DNA of 64,000 bases from Hormiphora californensis (Eukaryota > Animalia > Ctenophora): the NCBI GenBank assembly GCA_020137815.1, contig CM035360.1, forward strand, positions 1,178,001 to 1,242,000, given 5' to 3'. The notes under the pieces are model-generated. The model was given only the letters and a program-made list of their open reading frames with translations, was not told the DNA's origin and did no database searches. Position numbers and translations under genes: made by a program. Within the stretch, counting starts at the first letter, position 1. Each line of letters begins with the position of its first letter. Positions 12,301-23,994 of this stretch are shown here, one piece after another.

Positions 12301-15300
12301 TATGAAGTTTTTATCGCATAAGGTCAATGAGTTATTCAACTTTAAAGATCGAAAAATGAGGGTAAAATGAAGGAAAATGAACCAAATTTCGACTTTTTAC
12401 CCCCATTTTTCGATCTTTAAAGTTGAATAACTCATTGACCTTATGCAATAAATACTTCATATTTGTTACCCCCACTAAATTTTATATGCTGAACAAGCTC
12501 CTGTGAAGCAAAATTTCTGAAACCGCTCCTGAGCGGCTATAGCCATATGGCACAAAAACGGTTATGCGCATACCTAATTATCCAATTATCTCTCGAACCT
12601 GATGAGATAACGACTTCTGCTTGGTACCAATCGATTCTGCTGCTCATTCTACACATTTTAGTGCCCTCATTTACGTTTCTACTCCAATCCAAAGCAAAGT
12701 TGCTATTTTTGGTCAAGGCTGAAAATACAGGCAAAAAGGGCGTGGCCATTTTGGGCACTTTCTTCACCTCGGTTGGAGTGAACAATTTTTTTGGTGTTTC
12801 TAGGACCCCATAGGAGTACAATACAAGTGGAAAACCTTTGTTATGTCTCAGTTCACCAAACGGCCCCAAAATGACAAAAAATGACTGGCCTATAATGATA
12901 TTTATTCAAAACTAGGTCATGAAATTTATCTAGACATACTCCCCATATATCTCACGATCAGAGATAAATGATGTGTAGGTGTTTGATAAAAAAGGTTTAG
13001 TTACCAGCATGCAGTTCAACTTCAAAATTATACGAGGGGGTTCCGGGGTAAATATTATTTTTGAAACTGTAAATAATTTCAGTAGAAAAAAGTATCACAC
13101 CAAGCATATTAATTTCTCGCTATTTTGGTATACAGTCATGAAACTCCGTACACACATGTCACATGCCATAGTTGCGTTGCGCCCATGGAAATCGTTCTTA
13201 TCAAATCAAATTATCAAAATGTCACAGTTATACTTTCCTCCGATCTGTCTGATTATCAATCCTCATCATCAACCCTGCACATGACTCTCTGGTAGACCCG
13301 TGTAACAACCCCCCACAAGGCCTGCCTCATGCTGCGTTGTACCAAGATCAGCACCCAGCTCACCAAGAACGAGTAGGTGGCGTTCTGGAGCTCGTAAACA
13401 AGGTAGACGTTAGTGAAGCTGGATCCTAAGAGGCGGTAAATTCGGATGAGGAGTGAAGACATGTAACTATCACTTAGAAGTGAAATCACCTCAAGGATGT
13501 TTTCAAGGAGGCCAAAAGTGCAAGAAATTAGATCGACGATGAGGATGGAGCACACGATTAGGAGGGTGAGGGAGATGTTCTCCAAGAGAGCTGCACGACG
13601 ACGCTCCGTTATTTCGTTAGATAGAATGGGGGATGCCTCACCGGGGGGATTAGTGGCCGGGCTTTTGTATCGGTGGTAAAGGACGCCCATGTAAACTGCC
13701 ATCACTATGGAAACGAGGATGATGGACAACTCTAAGAAAATGACAAAAAGCATGAAGACAACCGAGTAATTTTCCATTTTCTTTGCACAGCCTGGAATTT
13801 TATCAAAGTAACACGCCTCGATGAGGATAGATGTTGCTGCTGAACCAATCCAAACGCACTTGACAAACAACTTTAATGCCCGTTGATACCCCTCTCGCCC
13901 GTGGATCCGGGAGGATGGGCGAACGATCGATTCCAGCCGTACCAGATAAATAGCCAGTAGAAAGGCTGGTCTTGCATATGCGAACATAGCGTTGATGGTG
14001 ACGAACATCTCACTCAGCTTCTGTTGTGCGTTCCAGATGGGACCAAGAAAGATGATGTTCGAGCATGCTAGTATGTTCAACCCACAAACGTGGAGGTAGA
14101 GGGTGGAGGTGATGGGGAGGTTGGTCCACCGTTGGCAGCGGGCAAAGATTGTAACCACCAGGAGGAGACTGCTAATGAAACCGAGAACACACATGGTCAC
14201 AGTGAGGGGTCTCAGGAACACAAGGGCAAAGGTACTGGCGGGTGGGATGGTGGAGGCTGTTTCAGCCACCATGGTTATTGACATCTTCTGAATCCTGATT
14301 GGCTGATAGCCAGTCACGTGACCTAATAACGAGTTCTGATTGGTTATTGACATTTTCTGAAACAGTTTTTTGAGTACTGGGTTACTCAACAAGAAATAGT
14401 ACAAATTATGGTCTGCCTTGTTCGACATCAAATGCAGGTCTGTCTGATCGGGACATGAGGCAGTCTAGTATGTGCTATCATCAATATACCTCATTAATTT
14501 TTTTGAAAAAAGTTTACACAGTTAATTTAGAGCAAAAACTAATTGAAATTAGTTCGCCAGAAAGGTGGCCCATTTTGAACTTACTCCTTCATTTCCGTCA
14601 CCTTTGAGTTGAGGCTTCAAAGACATTGAGGTATCTGTAAACTTTTCCGCCTTCAACTCAAAGGTGACGGAAATGAAGGAGTAAGTTCAAAATGGGCCAC
14701 CTTTCTGGCGAACTAATTTCAATTAGTTTTTGCTCTAAATTTGTACTCTTTTTTTGGTCGTTTGAGGTCATTTATGACCTCAAACAACTAAGCTAATTGT
14801 CAACTAAAGTGTTCAAATGTAATTCAAATGTATCCTGGGTTGTAGGAAACTGATTTGACGAAATTTTCAAAATTCGACGTCGTTTTGACGTCGTGACGTC
14901 ACACGTGACGTCACGACGACGTAAAAAATTATGACAGACTATTCGGCCAATGAAGCACTAAACGTGTGAAAAGTTTTTAAGGCCATGGTAGTCAAGAACT
15001 GAAGTTATTGCACGAAATGTGAGCTTTTATGTGGATTTTCACATTAAATTTTTGAGTTCCGACGCGTTTTAAGGTCTAAAAATGACAAGTTAAAGAAAAT
15101 CGTAATATAGTATCTGAAAGTTCAGACAATTTGCCACTAACGATTTTTAGTCAAATCAGGAATCAAAATACGTCTTGAGGGTGTCAGAGGCGTTTGAAAA
15201 TATTTAGTCTGAGATTTTTCAATGACGTCACTTTCTGACGTCATTACGCCCGTCATAGTGGACATTTTCACTCGAAACCTGAACTAATGCATGCCCCGAA

Positions 15301-17325
15301 CGATTTGCTAACGGATAAAACTCGGTTCAAGTTTCTAGCTAGGATGGTTTGGGCTACAAGTGTTACACAGTGAAGCGTCTATATATATATATCTATATAT
15401 ATATCTATATATATATCTATATATATACCTATCGCCACACTGAATTTTCTGTTTTGGGGGTGGTGTCATAACTTGCGACCTGAATGAGTTAGCTACTTGA
15501 AATTTTTACCGTCAGTAGAGGTCTATGTGAAGCTTCTTAGTACCAAATTTCAGCCTCCTAGCTCATCTGGTTCCGGAGTTAGGAGTGGTCGAAAAGTGCC
15601 AAAATGGGCTAAAACTTCAAAATTGTTATATCTACGCTGTTGGCAAGCGGGCCCACTTTTTCGGGAAAAGTTTTAGGGGGAGGGGATGGGGCCACCTTTG
15701 CGCTTGCCAGCGCAGTGATTACATTAGTACACAAAAATGAAAAGTTGTGTTCAAACTTCTGTTGTCTAGTATATACAGATTACTAGTCTAGTATATACAG
15801 ATTACTAATAAGTGATTTCAGAGTATATTGTTCGGTTTTTATAGCTGGAAAGTGTAATCTGATCATCGCCATGGGAAAATCTATCACGTGTGATATATTA
15901 TCGATGCAAAATTGTCCTTATAGTAGGAGGATGACAGACTACGCTTGATAGTATATGCGTCATTGAAAGCTGTCGAGCGCCTTTTTTCAACTCCCAAAAC
16001 TTTACTTTGAGCATGTAAATTGGGAAATCTCCTCTATTGCTGCAGAACCGCAGAAGGCAATATCAAATGAATAAGGCCGCCCTGAAGTCCCAAATACATA
16101 TTGGTCTTCCTTTTTTTTGATATCTCCCCCCCCCCCCCCCCCGGCCCCTGACCCTCATGATCACCTCATCACCCTGCAGATCAAGGAAGACCAGACAAAA
16201 TGGAGCAAGTATTGTGATGTGTGGAGTTTTGGGATTCTTACCTGGGAAGTCTTCACCCTGGGAGGAAGGCCCTACGAGACCTGGCCGGATGAGGCTGTTA
16301 TTGACAACCTGAAAGAAGGACAGAGAGAGGAACAGCCGCCATCGTGCCCTGACGAGTTGTGGGCATTGGTACTGGAGGGATGTTGGGCGGGAAATCCGGC
16401 TGATAGGGAAGCGTTCTCTAGTATAAAGGTATGTGCATAGTTTTGTCTCAAAGTTACCATGATAGCTACCCCATGTTTCCATAGTTACCATAGCTACCCC
16501 GGCCCATATATGGCCATGGTTACCATAGCTACCCCATACTACCATAGCTTAGCTACCCCATATATGTATTTACATCCAATCTCTGTGCTAACAACTCCTC
16601 CTCTTCTTAAGTTTAAACTAGAACAGATGGAGGTGGATAGAAAGACCGATCTAAAGAAGGCTGGGTACACTTTCTGTGACAAAGAAGAAGAGGAGGAAGA
16701 AGAGGAAGAGGGGGAGAATGAGGCTGCAGAGCAGTTGAATATCATGGTAATGGGAGGAATATGAATGAGTGAAGGATGAGATTTAAGTAGGAAATTCGAT
16801 GTGGTCAGTGGTAGTTGGGTGGTACCCTTCTAGGGGCAAGTCTGCTTCCCAGCTGTTTGACACCTATAGGGAGCACGTGTATAAAGTGAACACTAAATGT
16901 TTTCCTAGGCTGTTGATGAGAACCAGGGAAGGTTGGATGAAGCTGATGGGAAGTCAGGAGAAGAAGACACTGCATCAGGGGATCAAGACACTGTATCAAG
17001 TTGTGGATCGGAAATAAAAGAGCAACTAGCGTTACCATTGCGGGTAAGACTATATTTTTAAACTCAACATCTCCATCAACCTTTCCAATTTTATGGCCTT
17101 GGCCTTGCCTAGCTCGACCCCCTTTTCGCGAGCTCCGGTTTTAACAAAATAACTCTTGCCGATCTGTTCACCAATTATCGTATAACTTCTTTAATTCCTT
17201 TTCTATTATCCTATCTCCTCTTTAAGGCTGAACTCGATACGATCATTGCGAATGAGGGAGCTGAGTTTACTGCGGCCGATGAGACTGCAGCAGACTTTGA
17301 TTCGATTATCATCGACAATCTGTAA
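1..17325 (+). CDS. Receptor tyrosine kinase, 5'-partial, multi-exon (ectodomain, Pro-rich stalk, TM helix, kinase with insert, acidic tail)
   Basis: Phase-consistent GT-AG exons: ~409-688, 1735-2008, 2328-2395, 2584-2722 (TM start [17 protein letters not shown]), 3840-3951, 4161-4325 ([11 protein letters not shown]...CALKILK), 5267-5466 (HPNLLRMYG), 6367-6511, 6858-7073 ([17 protein letters not shown]), 16180-16428 ([22 protein letters not shown]), 16612-16746, 16909-17043, 17227-17325 (TAA). AATAAA at ~17333. Kinase-insert exons between 5467 and 6366 are unresolved (candidate 24-nt exon ~5697-5720). Confidence 0.9.
312..386. repeat. (CT)n microsatellite (others at ~22377-22490, 34260-34395, 43877-43943, 46027-46112)
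   Basis: Pure CT/GA dinucleotide runs seen directly. Confidence 0.97.
698..1602. repeat. Intronic minisatellite, 19-22-bp unit TGGTACAAT(AT)GATTCCCTTTT(T)
   Basis: About 45 head-to-tail copies; explains the three spurious minus-strand ORFs 606-1585. Confidence 0.97.
2769..3641. mobile_element. Non-autonomous Tc1/mariner-pogo type MITE
   Basis: TA|CAGTCGGACCCCGATTTAACGGC ... GCCGTTAAATCGGGGTCCGACTG|TA; internal direct and inverted ~100-bp duplications. Truncated relatives at ~3970-4049 and ~4332-4400. Confidence 0.85.
4534..4660. repeat. 11-bp minisatellite (TTCACTCTGCA)n
   Basis: About 11 tandem copies. Confidence 0.92.
7155..9825. mobile_element. Fold-back (FB-like) element: ~570-bp unique inverted arms plus inverted 31-32-bp minisatellite arrays
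   Basis: CAGGGTGTGAACTGCATG ... CATGCAGTTCACACCCTG flanked by ATTAT on both sides (or TTA if the T/A is counted in the TIR). The array CTCAGCTTCCCTACCTCCCATTTACTCCATCT flips orientation at ~8780-8800. Confidence 0.9.
10700..11240 (-). mobile_element. Unclassified 540-bp hairpin-capped element, copy 1
   Basis: Interrupts the left Tc1 TIR; flanked by direct repeat AGTGGAGGGTT (10689-10699 and 11241-11251); near-identical to 33541-34077. Confidence 0.88.
11573..11825 (-). pseudogene. Tc1/mariner transposase remnant (probable N-terminus fused out of frame to the C-terminus)
   Basis: Translates ...[42 protein letters not shown], the typical R-x-x-AC-I-x-A-x-GGHFE end of Tc1/mariner transposases; the catalytic DDE/D core is deleted. 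Confidence 0.8.
13256..14284 (-). CDS. Intronless divergent 7TM / GPCR-like protein nested antisense in the RTK intron
   Basis: Open frame 13256-14431 with about seven hydrophobic segments in class A spacing, xRL at the end of TM3, two Cys in ECL2 and a helix-8-like QRSMRQALW. Likely start MSITMVAE at ~14284 (or the duplicate at ~14353). Confidence 0.72.
   Translation of the reverse strand: MSITMVAETASTIPPASTFALVFLRPLTVTMCVLGFISSLLLVVTIFARCQRWTNLPITSTLYLHVCGLNILACSNIIFLGPIWNAQQKLSEMFVTINAMFAYARPAFLLAIYLVRLESIVRPSSRIHGREGYQRALKLFVKCVWIGSAATSILIEACYFDKIPGCAKKMENYSVVFMLFVIFLELSIILVSIVMAVYMGVLYHRYKSPATNPPGEASPILSNEITERRRAALLENISLTLLIVCSILIVDLISCTFGLLENILEVISLLSDSYMSSLLIRIYRLLGSSFTNVYLVYELQNATYSFLVSWVLILVQRSMRQALWGVVTRVYQRVMCRVDDED
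14524..15718 (-). mobile_element. Helitron-like non-autonomous element A
   Basis: Minus-strand start A|TCACTGCGCTGGCAAGCGC; internal (TA/TC) microsatellite at 15378-15430; ends in a ~217-bp fold-back (14524-14741) terminating in CTAA. The 3' junction is not the perfect CTAG|T. Confidence 0.6.
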
Positions 17326-17978
17326 ACTATGGAATAAAACAAGTAAAAACTAACACTTTAAATAATTTGAAATTGGGGCCAGAATTCAGAGAAATATAAT
17401 TTTGGTGTAATAACTTAATTCAAGATAACTCTGTCAAAGTTCTTGATTTTTTAAACACACAAAAAGTACTCGTTTTCAGCGACACACACCTTTGAAAAAT
17501 CCTAAAATCATCATGGAACAGACACCAAATCCTTCATTAAATACCAATCTAAAAACAGCCTTTTATACATATATCGAAACTGAAATTGTTCAAGATATTC
17601 ATGATATGGGGGTACTGGGTAGATGAACATACTGAACGGTAGCAACAAATTGACAATGCAGCGACCCTGGTGATGATGATTATACACTCAGCAAATATTT
17701 TACAGCACATTTAAAACTCAAGACATCTATATCGATCCCAACTGTCATATTTCTTTCAAGATATCTATATCCCGGGCCCGGTAAAGTCCATTTTTTTCAA
17801 CTGTTCACCCAAAAACTGAAATTTAATAAAAATTAGAATTTGGGTGGCACGTGCTACACGTTAACATGTGATAAACGCACAAAACAATTCCGCGCACGAC
17901 TTTGGGGGGTGAACAGTTGAAAAAAAAGGAGTATAGTTCGGGGTCCGAAGCTGTATCCCTTTACTTCACACATTTCTT

Positions 17979-20900
17979 TCAAGTTTCGTCATCGTCCTCG
18001 TCAGTTCCGGTTAACAGAACGCTCTTCTTGCTCTTCTTCATAACCATACACTTCCTGTTACCGTATACCTGTCAGGGGATGGTTTGTTTTATGAAGGAGT
18101 AGTATAACATACTTTGTCAGGGCAAACGCAACGTTCACCCCCTCCCCTGCTGCACAGATCTTCACTGCAATTCTACCGCAATTTCACCGCAATTTCACTG
18201 CAATTTCTATTATTCTTTGTTGAGTAAGTAACAAATTAATCTTACCTTACTGAAGGTGCTAACAATAATGGTCCCTGAGGATCAACTCCCTAAACTAATT
18301 AATTAAGTAATTACCTTACTGAAGGTGCTGACAATAATGGTCAATGGAAGGGCGAGGAACACCATGGATAGAAACACAACTACTGTTCCAATAAGTTTAC
18401 CCATGACCGTCGTGGGCGTGATATCTCCATAGCCCACCTGTGTGTAGAGAGAGTAGTGTGGAAAATCTGTAGATTCGGAACCCAGCAAGTATTGAATAGA
18501 TCATAGTGAGTAAAATAGTGGGTAGAATAGTGGGTATAATATGAATGAAAAGGATGTTTTTAGCTTGATATTAGGACTTACCGTTGACATCGTTACAACA
18601 GCCCACCACATTGCGTCCAAAACTGCAGAAAGATTGGTTCAATAATCAATAACAATTATAACATTAAACTGGTATATGAACTACTGTCTAATTATAAATA
18701 TATGAACTACTTACAAGTACATAGTATGAAATACGAACTAATATATATATATATGAGTACATGATATATGTACCTGATAGGATTTGGTCATTTGACCGTT
18801 CCTCGAAGGTGTACATGAGCATCGCAAAAACTGTGACCCCCATCGTCCAAATAACAATCAGTAGGAATAACTCTGACACACAATTCTTCATCACCGTGGC
18901 TATCGTCATCAACTTCTTGCTTCTCCTCACCAATTTTAGTACTCTCATTACTCTGGAAGGTAATTAGAGTACAATAATGTGCTATAGCGATCACAAAGTT
19001 AAGAGGAAGGACGCCCCTGTTGTCATGGTGACGAGATGGGGTCTACTTTGGAAGGTGTAGAGTTGTTTTGTTCAAACCGGGGCGCGGGGAGGGAGGGTCG
19101 AACAAGGCAAGTGTAGAGTACAATTATAATGTGCTATATTGACAAGGAAAACGCGTCAGCTTTTAGGGCTGTGAATTTGTCACCACAGAAGGAATTATAA
19201 ATTCTGATTTCTGAATTCTCATTCCCCTAATTTTTTGGCACATTTGTTAACTGATGGGGAAAACAATCGTGCATGAACCTCAGCCCTCAGGTTCAGGCCG
19301 CGGCTATTTCAGTGACGTCTATTCCCAGAGATTTAAGGGAATAGCCGGCACTGAAACCTGAGATCTCAGGTCTCAGTAGAAAGTAGCTGAGGTTCAGGCA
19401 CGACTCCCCCCCCCCCCCCCAATGAACTACGTCGTAAGATTAAGGGATATCGTCGTAAGACTAAGGGATATTGTATATCATGTATCCCTTGTATATCTTG
19501 TATCCCTTGTAAGACTAAGGGATGTTGTATATATTATATGGGATATTCATAATTGGGATATTATATTGAATCTATATGTTACCTGGCAACTCGTAGTACC
19601 CGTAGTCCCTCAAATTGTTCACTGTTTCCAGGAAAGAAGAGCTCAACATAAAAGGGAGATACTGCAAAGGTATCCACCCAAGTTAGGGCTGATTTTAGGT
19701 AATTACACAGATTAGGACAGGCTACACCTGAAAAAGAAGTGGGTAGAATAGAATGAATTTGGTTGAATTGTTCATGCGGAGCACGGACACAGTGTCAGCT
19801 GCGACTCAAGCATATGGATCATATTTAGCTATCGCCAATTTCCCCTGCCCGGGTGAAACACAGCATTGTGAAACATAATGCACAAATAATGATTGCTATT
19901 TAATACTCACCCCGAAGGAAGAGGTCAATAGTAAAGTAAAGTACGGTTATAAGTTCACAATAACCAAGAAGGCTTGTTACTGAAGGGTTGTATCGTGGTG
20001 ATTTGATATCCATCATCTCAGGAACTGGGGGAGTCGTTTCCTGGAAAAACATAGACAATATATTTGAAGGAGCTAAATTTGCCGAGAAACTTTTTCCATC
20101 TATACATTGATTGATATGAAACTAAGTGAATTGAACATACCACGAACATAGAGGCGACTGATATAAAAATGAAGGCAATATCCATCCACGCCCAAGCTTG
20201 GGCTGAAAGTGAACTCTGGGGATTGTCAAAGAACTCCCATAGCAACCGCTGAACGCGCTTCATCCACGAGCTATCTCTCTGCAGATGAATGGTGAGATAT
20301 TGTCATTGATAGTAGCTCATACAATTCAAATACTTTTTAATCTTTATAATCTCCATACATATATACTTTTAGAGAATTCTTTCGGCAGGGGGCAAAAAAT
20401 AAACAAGCAAAAACGATCCATAATTTGCCTTTGACTCTCACCGGATCTTTCCTTGCTTCCCCATCCTCCGCTGTGTTAATTTCCTCCATTGTCGTAGCAA
20501 GTCCAAAGAATTCGAGTTCCTTTTGAAATAACTCGTTCGGGATGTCCTATTGATTGTAAAACAATTATGAACAATAATCGAAAACAATTATGAGAGTAAA
20601 ACTGAAATGTGCCATATCACATTCAAAAAAATGGACAAAGTAGTATATAAAATGGTCCTGCGCAATTGTTTTTTTTTGCTGAATACTATACTGATTAGAT
20701 TGGTGGAAACAGTCTTGGCTGAACTCAATCACGGATATACAAGGTGGCCACGGATATATTTACCTTTGGGATGTAAAGTCTGCCTGTTCGGTAAAAATCG
20801 AAGATGTGGATAAAGGCGTCTCTGTTTCTATCGAAAAAGTAATCATCTTCCGTTGTGTCGTAGTACGATTCAAGGTCTTCACTTCCTAAAAATGAATTTT

Positions 20901-21585
20901 ACAGCTCATTATTTTCTACTTTTAAGATTTAGACTCAGAAATACGTATAAATGATGTCAATTTCCCCCGAACTTTTTGGATAAATCCAAAAAAGGTCTGG
21001 GGTAATTATTTATACCGTGCCGACTATAATGAGCTAATAGAATAAGTTTAGATGCACGCACCTAGGAGTGTATTGGGGAACTGTCTTAGTGTAGATAGTT
21101 GGACAAGATACCGATCTCCAGAGACATTAATGGTCACTCTCCTGTCTTCATAAGGCGTCTCTAACAACTCAACCCGGGCTAGCGATCCCGTACTTCTGAA
21201 AGGTTACGTTTCCTCAGTAATACAAAAAAACTTCTAAACATAGTTTATATTGCATCGTAAGTGATGTGTAGTTAAGATTTGGAATAGGTTTGAATCTCAA
21301 AGAAGTAAGAAACTAAATACAGTACATGTGGCATTGAGAAAATGAGACGATCTGAAAATAAGTTACTGAAATCATTTTAGTTTAAATGTTTTTATTATGC
21401 CAGGAAATCCGAAGGAAAATCTTAACAACCACTGCCAGAACAACCATAGATCATCTTTGATAGTCACAATTTACTCTTCTGCATTGATTGTTTTATAATC
21501 AATAAGCATTTACTAGTTCAACTGTCAATACCGCGTAAATAGACTTTAATTACCTGTTAATATTTAACGTGACTGTCTCTGACAT
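17979..21585 (-). CDS. Voltage-gated K+ channel, Shaker superfamily (T1 domain plus S1-S6)
   Basis: Exons 21585-21554, 21195-21062 (RRVTINVSG), 20885-20764 (YFFDRNRDAF), 20546-20442, 20278-20141 (LWEFFDNPQSS), 20040-19911, 19727-19583, 18952-18774 (S4 LRVLRVARVMRVLKLVR spans this junction), 18622-18582 (WWAVVTMST), 18437-18315 (VGYGD...ALPLTII), 18068-17979. All phases match. Confidence 0.95.
19256..19410. mobile_element. Small MITE-like inverted-repeat element; relative at ~46369-46564
   Basis: GGGGAAAACAATCGTGCATGAACCTCAGC ... GCTGAGGTTCAGGCACGACTCCCC; similar ends and internal motifs in the second copy. Confidence 0.6.
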
Positions 21586-22389
21586 TTTGAGGCGTACTAC
21601 AGAGCTTGTTAAATCAGAATAATATTTGCCTTGTTGCCTTGTTGAACAAAATAATATTTAAATTGATGCAAATATATTCTAACTGAAATGATCATCCAAG
21701 CAAGCTTTATAATCTGTTATATAGACCATCCTTTAAGAATAATAATACTGTGTGGTAAACAGTTGTATGTCTTTTTGTGGACATGGGTTGTTAACTCGTT
21801 AAATCGCTAAGTACAGTGATTGGGCGGGATAGAGAGGAATAAATATATCTCAAGGGTTAATAGAAGAAAGCTTTGTGTATAACCTAGATAAATAAAAATA
21901 AAGCGGTCAATACATGTATACTTCACGAAAGAATAATTAATTAAGTTATATGTACATAAAGGGCTCAACGCCCTACTACTACTATTATAACAGATGCTGT
22001 ACCCACTAGTAAAGTAATGGCAGAAGAATAAACGACCTCTTATACCAGCTCTCATGTATAAGATATTTTTCAGGGTCCCTATTATAGCCATCCGACTACG
22101 AGGTCTGCATGTAGTTGTATTCTTTCTGTATTCTCCTTGCTCTCCAATTTTTCTCTCCAGCTGCTGTGAGTATCACGGGGGATTATGGATCCCCGATTGA
22201 ACTCCCAGAAAAGACCCCCTCAAAATTGTGTGGTTTTCTGGGAGAATAATCGGGGACCCGTAATCCGCTGTCTTTTGTGTTTTCTCAAAATCTTGACCCA
22301 TCAAAAATGAAAAGGACATCGTACCATATTAATCGAACAGAAACCAATTCAATTACATACTAAGATATTCCTATATTCTCTCTCTCTCC

Positions 22390-22466
<77 letters not shown>

Positions 22467-23788
22467 ACTCACTCACTCACTCACTCTATCTTTCCTTCTC
22501 TCCTTCTCTGTATCTCTCACTATGACGCATCATGATGTGAGTTAGACACTGTGTTTAGGCAACATCTATAAGCTGCTACCTCGTCGCCTTTGAACTGTGT
22601 ACCTGAACTGTGTACCTTAACATACATGAAGCTTCTCTTCTCTCTTCTCTCATTGCAAATCAAAGAGGGAGAGTGAGAGAGAAAGACAATTGGGATAGAC
22701 CCTCAGCTATCACTGTGATTGGAGGAGATGAAAGACAAAGAAGCTCGAGAGAGAGTGATAGTGACTGCAGTGAAAATAAAATGATCATTGCAGTATAATA
22801 TACTGGGTGTGAGAAGCTGTGTTATCAGAGTACAGAATCATGGTAAATACTTATTCAGGAGATGAGATAGTGTATTGGTAATTACTTATGATGAGACCTG
22901 AGATCTTTGTAAATGGAAATGAAGGAAGCTAAACACAAGCTGTGAGTTAGCTCTCTCTATCTCAGTCTCTCACCATGAAAGGCAAATACCACTTAAACAT
23001 GCATGAAATATTGAGAGACTATAAGTACAATATATAACGAAGGGACTTTGGCATTGGAGTGCTAATTGTACTTGTGCATTCTAGAATCAGTACCACTCAA
23101 AGGTCAAAGATCAAGAGTATAAGTATAGAGGCATATATGCTTCGTTGCTGTCTGGCGCCGCGACCCATCTGAGCGCACTGTCTGAGAATCAAATGGGGTA
23201 TGGCGCCGCCATACAGCTTCGTTGCTGATGCTCTTCAATAACTGTATAGTTGAAGAACAACTGAAGCACTATATAATAAACAGTGCGGTGCAGTTACCGA
23301 GTAATTAGTCCCAATTATTGGAACCGCATGATATCAAATGTACCATTACCACACAACCAATTTGTGCAAGCTACAAGATACTGTACTGCAGATATGAACT
23401 AACTCCCCCCTAAAAGGAAATATGATTTTTTCTCTGAATATCAGCTCGGAGAAGAGTGGAGTTCTCTGTTCTCCTCTCACAAAGGGTTCTCCTCTCTGAA
23501 AGGGTCATGTCAGTTCTCCTCTCTAACTATTCCTCTCATTATCGTAATTGCTATGTTAAAATATTCGCGGTCCAGTACTAAAAGGTCATCTAGAACTGAA
23601 GGGCATCTATACTAATAAGAAAGTGTAGGGTATGGAGGAATGAAGTTTAAAAAAGGATTCTGCACCATTTCTGCCTCTTGGATATCTCTCTTCTAGCAGA
23701 ATAAGCTATTTAAACCATTTAAAACTATAACTTAATCATATTATAACTTATCGGAAACACTTATATCGGATAAGTGTTTTGCTCTTAC

Positions 23789-23994
23789 CTGCCCGCATCT
23801 TCAGATTCATCTTCCTCCGACAGGGGGCCGAAAGTCTTTAGCTCCAAGTTTGTCAGCACTTTCTCAGTTTTCAGGGAGATCCCTTCCGCGATACCCGAGT
23901 AGCAGTGGTACATTTGGGGGAGCATCTTTTCTAGCCAGTTGGAGGAGGGTCTACTGCCCACTGTCGGTGAATCGTGGTCCTCATACATTATCAT
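23789..23994 (-). CDS. Candidate alternative first coding exon of the Kv channel (MIMYEDHDSPTVGSRPSSNWLEKML...EDAG)
   Basis: Acceptor TTCCAG at 24044, ATG at 23994, donor AG|GTAAGA at 23788 in phase 2, matching the phase-2 acceptor at 21195; a further strong donor GTAAGT at ~24490. Confidence 0.65.

Larger units (their letters stand above)
10015..12892. mobile_element. ~1-kb palindromic (fold-back) element interrupted by a Tc1 insertion
   Basis: TAA|TAGGCCAGTCA ... TGACTGGCCTA|TAA. Joining 10015-10412 to 12278-12892 gives one near-perfect hairpin centred at ~12380. Related fragments at ~58990-59300. Confidence 0.85.

Noticed and set aside
12278-12486. Independent TA-flanked hairpin MITE in the right arm
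   Set aside because: Better explained as the centre of the outer palindrome, displaced by the Tc1 insertion in the left arm.
7478-12869. Mirror-image ORF pairs (e.g. 7553/9590, 10076/12869, 10862/33660)
   Set aside because: By-products of inverted or dispersed repeats; no recognisable domains.
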